From Epithemia pelagica (lineage: Eukaryota; Protista; Bacillariophyta): a stretch of 64,000 bases of DNA. The DNA lies in NCBI GenBank assembly GCA_946965045.2, contig OX337228.1, positions 5,704,001 to 5,768,000 of the forward strand. Direction: 5' to 3'. Under the pieces are notes generated by a model that had not been told where the DNA came from, did no database searches, and saw only the letters and a program-made list of their open reading frames with translations. The translations under genes and the position numbers were made by a program. This document shows, one piece after another, positions 56,507 to 64,000 of the stretch (positions within the stretch are counted from its first letter, which is position 1; each line of letters opens with the position of its first letter).

Positions 56507-59500
56507 CTATGCGGAGGACTCTACCCCCATCTTTATCCAGCCATCCAGCGTTTCTTGACTTATTCCCATTCGTACGACTGACTTTTTGGTTGTTTCAGAT
56601 ATTTCATCTTGGGACGACGGGGACAGAACACCTGACGAAACCAACATCACGACAGCATTTTGGAGATGTTCGGTAGCAAGGCCATGCATTGTTTTACGGA
56701 GTTTTTCGGATATTCCACTTCCGTCTTCCGGGACCTCCGATGAGAGCAATTCTTCTAGTACCGCTAGAATTGCTTTCCACAGAGGAAATAAATGAGATTC
56801 AACATGCTCGTTCAAGGTTCTCGGAAGATGGTGACGAAGAGGTTTGAAGATCAAACCAATGCACAATTCGAACTCGATCATGAGCTCGTCTGTGCTAGGA
56901 ATCGCTCCATGTCCCAATTGCATGCTCACGATACATCTTCCAGCAAGTGGGACACAGATTGCGCTCAAGGCGACGCATTGATGTGATACAGGGACCTTCG
57001 CATTGTGTCTGTCCAGAAAGACGTCTGTCAGCATGGACAATGAATGCTGTCTCACATTCTACAGAGGAAATTTCATTGTCAGACGAGGACGATCAAACTC
57101 GTGCGAGCGCCAGGCCGAGCATTAGACTTACCGACATGCGAGGGTGCTCTGCAGCTTCTGCCAGGGCTTCGACAATTCTTCGCCAACACAAAGAACAGAA
57201 CTCTTCGGTCTTCTCCGGTTTTTCTTCGTTGAGCAAACGCACTTTCTTCTCATTCATCATTTGAATTAAATCCAAGGACGCCAAGCAAAGCTGCGGATAA
57301 TTTCTCGTATCTCCTGCTGCGACCAAAGTTCGCATGCTATCTATCAGACTGCAGGGAATGGCACTTTCCAGATCAGCTGAATTCATGAGCAAATGTAGTG
57401 ATCTGTATGTTTGAACGGCAGAATCATATTCGTCAAGCACGGATGACTGTATTCGCAACGCAGGGAGAGAACAACTTCTTGTTGCGCACCAATTGAAAAG
57501 GGATACAAGCCCATCCCAACCAGACTGACGCAAACTGAGCAGACCGTCGGCATTGGACACCATCCTCCATAGGCCCTCGCTTAAATGCTGGTGAAAAGTT
57601 TCGAGTGGGGCCGGAGCTTTACTTTCCTCTTGTTCCTGACTAATCGGTAGAATGTCCTGCCATGTCGAGAGAATCTCATTGGCCATACCATTTCGTTTCG
57701 TTGAGCACACGCTCAACCTTATCAGGCCTGTTAAGCGCTTCTCCAGTCCCGGATCTGGAGCCACGATACCTTGTGAATGTCTGGTGGAACGCTCCGATAG
57801 AGGCTTGGCGAGCCTTCCTACATAGTGGTCATGGAGCAAATCAGACCAAAGCATTTTCAGTCTATCTCTGTTCTTCAAAGCGATTTCACAAATAAGAACC
57901 TCTGCAAATGCTTCAGATGCCGGGGATACGGGTATGCTCCAGTTGCTGATTGCGGCAAAGGATGGAGTTGAGATCGAGACATCACTAACGGATCTGTCTC
58001 CCATTCCAAGTTTTGCCGGTGTAGAAAATTTGGATGGGTCTATTACCGTCGGCTTGCCATTTTGTGGTCCATTCGGCAGCAAGTCCATGAGCGCCATTAA
58101 GCATTGTTTGATGCTTTCATCATCAAGATATCGGCTATCGGAGATCAAACTCTCGAGTTGACAAGAGTTTTCCAATCGACCTCGCAATCGCGCACGGGCG
58201 GAACGCTGAAATTGATGAGTTTCGTCCGCACGCTCTAAACCTGTGACAGGCATATCCAGGTTTTGGTCCATGTTAATGTTTTCCCGAATCAATTGCGCTT
58301 CGAACATGGCACCGGGACTCAGATGAGCAATGTCCTCACCAAATTCTGCCTCCAGCGCCCCTTCTTGATTAACCTGTTTTCCATTGCCGTCCCCCTCATC
58401 GTCACTCAAAGCAAACTCGTCCCAGATCACAATGTCCTCTTTGCCCGTACCAAGTTCGCCTCCTGTTCCACCTGGTGAGTCTTCGGGTTCATCTACCCCG
58501 AAAATTGCCCTTCCAAAAGCACCGAGCATGGTACTGGCTTTGGACGTCTGTCTCATCTTCCTTTTCTTTACCTCAGCTAGAGCTGCCACGATGCCACTCA
58601 TGTCACCATTAACGGTTGCCGCTGTCCATTGTTTCCGTTGTTCTGTATGAAGGAGATCTTCCTCAGATTCGCGAAGCAGGAAGTTGGGCAATATGTGGGC
58701 ATCTCGAAGTTCGAAGAGAAGGCCGAACAGTCGTTTCCAACAATCAATATCCAGGTCTTCTCCAACTTCGACAGCCGTCCGGACCGCCACAAGAACAGAG
58801 CTTTGTGCTTCGACTGAGTCAACTAACGCATGGGTATTCAATGAGCCAGGGCTAGAACTAGCAGCGTTGCCGCCATGCAAAAGTCCAGAATAATCACACA
58901 CCCATGAATAAATCTTTCTGAAGATGTCCACACGACCAAGTTGCCGCACTCCATGAAGCATTTCCAAACTCAAATCCATTCCCAATCGAGCCCCTTGTAC
59001 TCCAAGCATGACCGCGTGCTGGTTGTTGCTGCCGGCTAAATTGCCTGGGCCTCCATTGGACGCAGGAGCAGAAATGATGGCTCCGTCATCGCTATGCAGC
59101 ATACCTGGACAAAAGCGCCCCGACACGTTCCAGAAAGCTCCAACAGCCGAGAGAACTGGTTTCCATATGTGTTCCTGTAGGTTCGAACACAAATGGGTCA
59201 GGTTCAAAGCTAATTTGCAAAAGAAACAAAACAATGTCAAACAACATAGTACATACCAGAATGAGTTCCGTCAAATCATCTGCATCAGCGGGAGTAGGAT
59301 GCAAGTAAGCTTCGGATGATCCAGCTTCATTTTGTTCCCCGAGCAACTCCTGTTGAACAGCAGCGCTTGCTTGCCTCAACGTATCCTTCCACTTTTCGAC
59401 AGTCATTTGTCCATCGGCTCCTTCGCCTTCTGTTCGGATTTCTTCCTCCTTAATGCTTTCAAAGATGGCAACCAAGTAATCACGAGGCAGTTCTTTGCCT

Positions 59501-61992
59501 GGTTCAATTATATCTCGTCCATAATCAGTATTATTTTTTACAAAGTCGTCAACATTCATCTTCCGGTCTGCCCGAATGTTGGAATTGTGCTGATCTGTGT
59601 TCAACATGATGATACTAAACGACAAAAGGTATGCCGCATCACTTGCTCGTTTCGGGTCCTTTGAAAAAAGAGTCGAAGCCTCTTGACACAATGCGGCACA
59701 CTTGTCTGCAAAGGCCTGTAGGATCCGATCAATCTGTTGAGCCTCACCAGGCAACCGAAAAGCTGCCAAGAACATGCGCAAGCTATCAAGCAAGGACTGC
59801 TCTTGGAAACTAAACAACCCGCAATACGCTTCCAGGCATTCTTTGTGGAACCAATCCATTTGCCAAACGGGTGGACCATTCGAAGATCCTGAATGCGACG
59901 ATGAGGTTGATTTCCCAGCTTCGCCCAGGTAGGCACCCACCGAAGCTTTATCCAGTCCCACAACAACGGCGTGTCGCAGAAATGTGGCAACCTGCAACGG
60001 CGTGATTGGTTCCGATAAAAGGCCACAATCAAGTAAGAACTCGATCCCACGAGAGGACTTGTTGTTAAAAATACGAGCAGCTTTGCGCATAAATCGCTTC
60101 TGGCTCTTGATCGTCTTCAAAAGATGGGTTGTGGTAGTATCGCTTGGTCCATCCGTTGCACATTCGACATGACAAATTTCACGGCTGTCAAGAGGTGCAT
60201 CCGTTGCGGAGGGAATATCCTCACTCAACTTGTTTGAAGTGCGGTCGTCTCGGAACAGACTTTTCATGGATCCCATAATGGCAGCTGCACACAGCTCCTT
60301 GAGATGGGCTGGGACTGGTCTCCAAGGGTGGTCTACTTGAACAAGAGATGTCGTAGGATCACCCGTAGATGAGGCAGCAGATAGGTCATCATTAAGGTCG
60401 TCCAAGCTACTCACACTTCCATGGCTTGCAGGCGGGGGTCCAGGATTGTTGTTATTATTGTTGTTGCTTCCGGAAGAGGCGGAGGCCACAATGGAAAACC
60501 CTTCTTCATTCACCATGCCACCACAAGCCCGGCAAAGTTCCACATAGAGTCCAATCGCTACATCAGAGCGATGCAAATGGCAATCGTAATAGACAAACAT
60601 GGTTTCCAGTGCGCCTCCACCATTGTACTTATCCACAGGCATGGAATGGTCGTGCAAGTGGAACAAGTCCACCAACGATTCGAGAATAATTTCCAATTCG
60701 GCGTCAAAGACCATGTTCGCATGGTAGGCGGCCGCATTGACCGGTTCACGTCGTCGTCGCAACAAGGCCAACGCTCTTGTGTAAAACCCAGTCCAAATTG
60801 CTTCAAAGGGAGCCATCAAGTGCGGTCGCAATGGTTTGCAATTCCACAAGTAAATGATTGTCGCACAAATTTCGGTCAAGACGGCCGGTGAGACCAAATG
60901 CTGCGTGTTCGAGTTACCACCATTGCTGTTCAAGACATTGGGGTTTTCTCCATGGTGCCAAATGGCCTGTCCCGTCATGAGCAAGGACAAACACAAGTCA
61001 TCTTGTACCAAGGGCAAGAGCTCGGCTTCATAGACCTTGGTAAGGTCCTCCTCTACCGCCGTGGGCCACGGGTCGAGTGCCAGTCGCACCAGTCGGAGGC
61101 AGAGCACACGTGTGGCGTCATGCGCCGCGAGGGTTTCTCGTGTCGTACTTTCATCCATGGAAACCGAGTCCACACCACCACCACCTCCAGAATTCATCAT
61201 CATCATCATGGGCGTCAACGGCGTATTGAGCAATTGATGCAAAATAAATTCGAGAATCACTCGAGTTGCCGGTACATTTCCTTGACATGCCTGCACCATT
61301 TGCACGAGAACATCATCAAGATGATATCCCAAAGCCGGGCTGCTGTTCAAAAACGTATTTCGGGTCACAAAAACGGTGTGAAAGGCTTCATGAACAATCT
61401 GCGGGTCCAGAACGCTCTGATTGTTCGTTCCATCACCACCAATTTGCAAGAGCAGACACAAGACATCGGCAATGGCCATTTCGACTGCTTCGTCCTGTGC
61501 CGCATTGGTTTGTTCAAATTTGCATCCCAAAATGCCTCGAGTGACGTGTTCGTTGGCTGGCAAGACGCGGTGTTGAAGTAATCGCCGAATGGATTGGAGC
61601 GCCACAGCCGTGTGAGGTCCAGATGCCCGAGGGTCTGTCACCACCGCCAAGAAGGGACGACCGTAATCCATGGAGGGATGCATGAAGAGCGACCATGTGG
61701 ATGCAGCTTCTTTTCCTGGATCCGTCTGGTCCCCTTTCTCATTGTTCGTTTCTTGATGAGTCACCTCTGTGTTACTTGGAGGATCGGTCTTTTGGTCAGA
61801 AGGATCGTCATTAGGATTGTTGGATGCAATATTGAGATGTCGTTCCAAATCCAAAGGAATACGATCTCGCAATTCCATCAAATCTTGAGCCAGTTCGCCA
61901 CGAGCAATGTGTGGGGGTCCACCACGCAAGGAGGTCAGAACAATCCTTGCTTCTTGGCAGAGAGCTCGCGCTGCATCCACAGACGTTGGCAT
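56507..61992 (-). CDS. Large Sec7-domain ARF-GEF, GBF1/GNOM-like (exons 61992-59257, 59174-57132, 57058-56507)
   Basis: DCB-like N-terminus (PFLAVV..PRASGPHT..AL.SI), Sec7 FRLPGEAQQIDRILQAF and LSFSIIMLNTD.H; GT-AG introns 59175-59256 and 57059-57131. Confidence 0.9.
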
Positions 61993-62802
61993 TGTTTTCG
62001 ATAGTCTTTGTAACGAAGGAATCAAGCAAGGGAGTAGTGTTTATAAGAAGCGAGAACCACCACACTGAATGCCAACGCCAACACAGTATAAAAGGGCCCA
62101 AATGGCCAAAGACCAAAGACTTCTTTCAGTCAAGCTATCTGAAACAGGACCAGGAAGTCAGAGACGAATGCGTGATCTGTCTTGGGCTGTAGTCCTTTCC
62201 ATGGAGAAGGGGATGCAACATGCAACCCTCTTTGTCGTCGTCGTCGTCTCTTCGTCAGTTCGTTGGCGAGAGAGGGTCTTTGGTGTGGTCTTTGTCTTTG
62301 GTCATGCCGCTCTCATTCTCGCAAGAATGCCTCCCTCTGTCGCACGCACCCTACACACTGTACCTATAGTACCTCGTACGTGCGACCGCTTAGGTTCCAT
62401 TCATGGGCGCTTCATCGCCCTGCCCTGCTATCTCACAGGCCCTTTTTCCAAAGGCACGGGCACGGGCAGGTGGAAGGAAGTTTTGAATAACAAGGCGCGA
62501 TAAATAATAGTAACCGTGGCGCGCGCCGCTCTAACTTGGGCGCAATAATCTAAAGCAGACAACACCAAAACATCGATGTATGATCAATGCGACGATAGAA
62601 GATAGAGGACCCAAGAAGTGTTGACGAAACGGAGAAAGAGAACTGTTCGTGGAACGCCAATCGAAGCATAGTTTCGATCCAACCAACCAGTGGGCAAAAC
62701 TCTTTGGTCGACACGACATCCCCTCCCCCCGCATCGCGGTATTACTCCCAGCAGTCCAATCGTCCTCGTTGGTCACCAAGTTCTAGCACCACCATCATCA
62801 TC

Positions 62803-64000
62803 ATGCCGGTACACAGCTTGGAATTGAAGAATTTCAAGTCGTACGGAGGCTCTCAGAGAATTGGACCCTTTACCAATTTCAGTTGCGTGATTGGTCCCAA
62901 TGGTTCTGGAAAATCCAATATGATGGATGCCATAAGGTGAGTGAGTGTCTTTCGGATCGTCTGTCTCTCGTTTCCTGAATCTCTCACGCATTATCTTTCC
63001 AAAGCTTTGTGTTGGGTGTACAGTCCAAGGCCTTGCGATCCCAGCAACTCATGGACTTGATTCATCGGGAACCTGGTACCGAAACCTCCAAGACGCGAAC
63101 CTCGGGGGCTTCTGTGACCTTGTTCTATCGAGTGACAAGAGAAGACGAACGTTTTGAGGATTCCTCCATGGACATGGGAGACACTATCGATGGTACTCCC
63201 GCATCGTCTCGCCGTCGTCGTCCAGCACCTTCCACCAACGAGAAGGACCACGATACCGATGACGCAACGGGCCACATGCTTCAATTCAGTCGTTCCATTA
63301 GTCCCAATGGTGTAGGGGAATATCATTTGGATGGAAAACATGTCACATGGGCTGTTTACGAGAAGGCGCTTTCGAAACTGGGGGTTCTTGTAAAGGCACG
63401 CAATTTTTTGGTATTCCAAGGCGATGTCGAAGCCTTGGCCCGCAAAACGCCTACCCAACTGGTCCAGTTGGTGGATGTACTGTCGGGATCGGCAGCCTAC
63501 CAAAACGACTATGACGCAGCTCTCGCGGAACAACAACAACGACAGCAGGCCACGGTTCTGCAATGGCAAACGCAAAAGGGATTGCGGCAAGAAAGACGAC
63601 TCTTGAAACAACAAAAACTAGAGGCCGAGCGATACGAAAAACTCAAACAAGACAAGCGCGAACTTCAGACTGAGTTTTATTTGTGGCAACTGTACCATAT
63701 TCAACAGGAAATGGAGAAACGTCAACAAGACTTGAAGGCGGCCCAAGAACATGTGGAGAATTTGCAAGGCCAACAAGAGCAGGGACTAGAAAAAGTGAAA
63801 GCGGTCAAGAAGGACTTATCGACCATTCGACGGAAACTCGCGCATCGACAAGACGAAGATTTGACACGAATCTCTTCCATTTTGGACACCAAAGAGCCAG
63901 CGCTTGAAGCTGTCAAGGCAGACCACGCCGATTTGAACAAGAAGATACAAGCCGATGAAAATGCTTTGGCCAAGGCCCGTAAAAGAGCGGAATCACATGC
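62803..64000 (+). CDS. SMC1: Cohesin subunit SMC1, 5' part (exon 62803-62936, exon 63005 to window end)
   Basis: [24 protein letters not shown]|SFVLG (intron 62937-63004), [13 protein letters not shown], then coiled coil; open at the window edge. Confidence 0.93.

Noticed and set aside
1-64000. tRNA, rRNA or snRNA genes
   Set aside because: No cloverleaf or rRNA-like sequence recognised by eye; the only tRNA-related sequence is the antisense PBS. A covariance search was not possible.

Overview
Gene-dense eukaryotic nuclear DNA with short GT-AG introns. It is most consistent with a diatom: ASAFAP-type bipartite plastid signals, a CoDi-like Ty1/copia element and a GCYWG-type MsrA. About 25 protein-coding loci are supportable, including p24, GT31, SEC11, a TrmA-family methyltransferase, RFT1, SPOUT1, USP39/SAD1, NudC, MsrA, 2OG-Fe(II) oxygenases, HUS1, serine acetyltransferase, TYW1, uL15m, a GBF1-like Sec7 GEF and the 5' part of SMC1. 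Two large structures dominate. (1) A full-length 6.3-kb copia LTR retrotransposon (15088-21413) has near-identical LTRs and a 6-bp TSD. Its primer-binding site is complementary not to a tRNA CCA end but to the D-arm of initiator tRNA-Met, which suggests priming by a ~23-nt 5' tRNA fragment. (2) A ~7.5-kb tandem segmental duplication (41551-49058 / 49056-55899) is joined by GAA microhomology. Its genes decayed reciprocally, except a secreted metzincin with a Pro/Thr stalk and a KSEK-repeat tail, which is intact in both copies. Other oddities are a signal-peptide-bearing proteasome-alpha-like protein, a three-domain AlkB-like/isochorismatase/AlkB-like protein lacking catalytic residues in every domain, and a serine acetyltransferase ending in a PTS1-like SRL. 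All family assignments come from motif recognition, not database searches.
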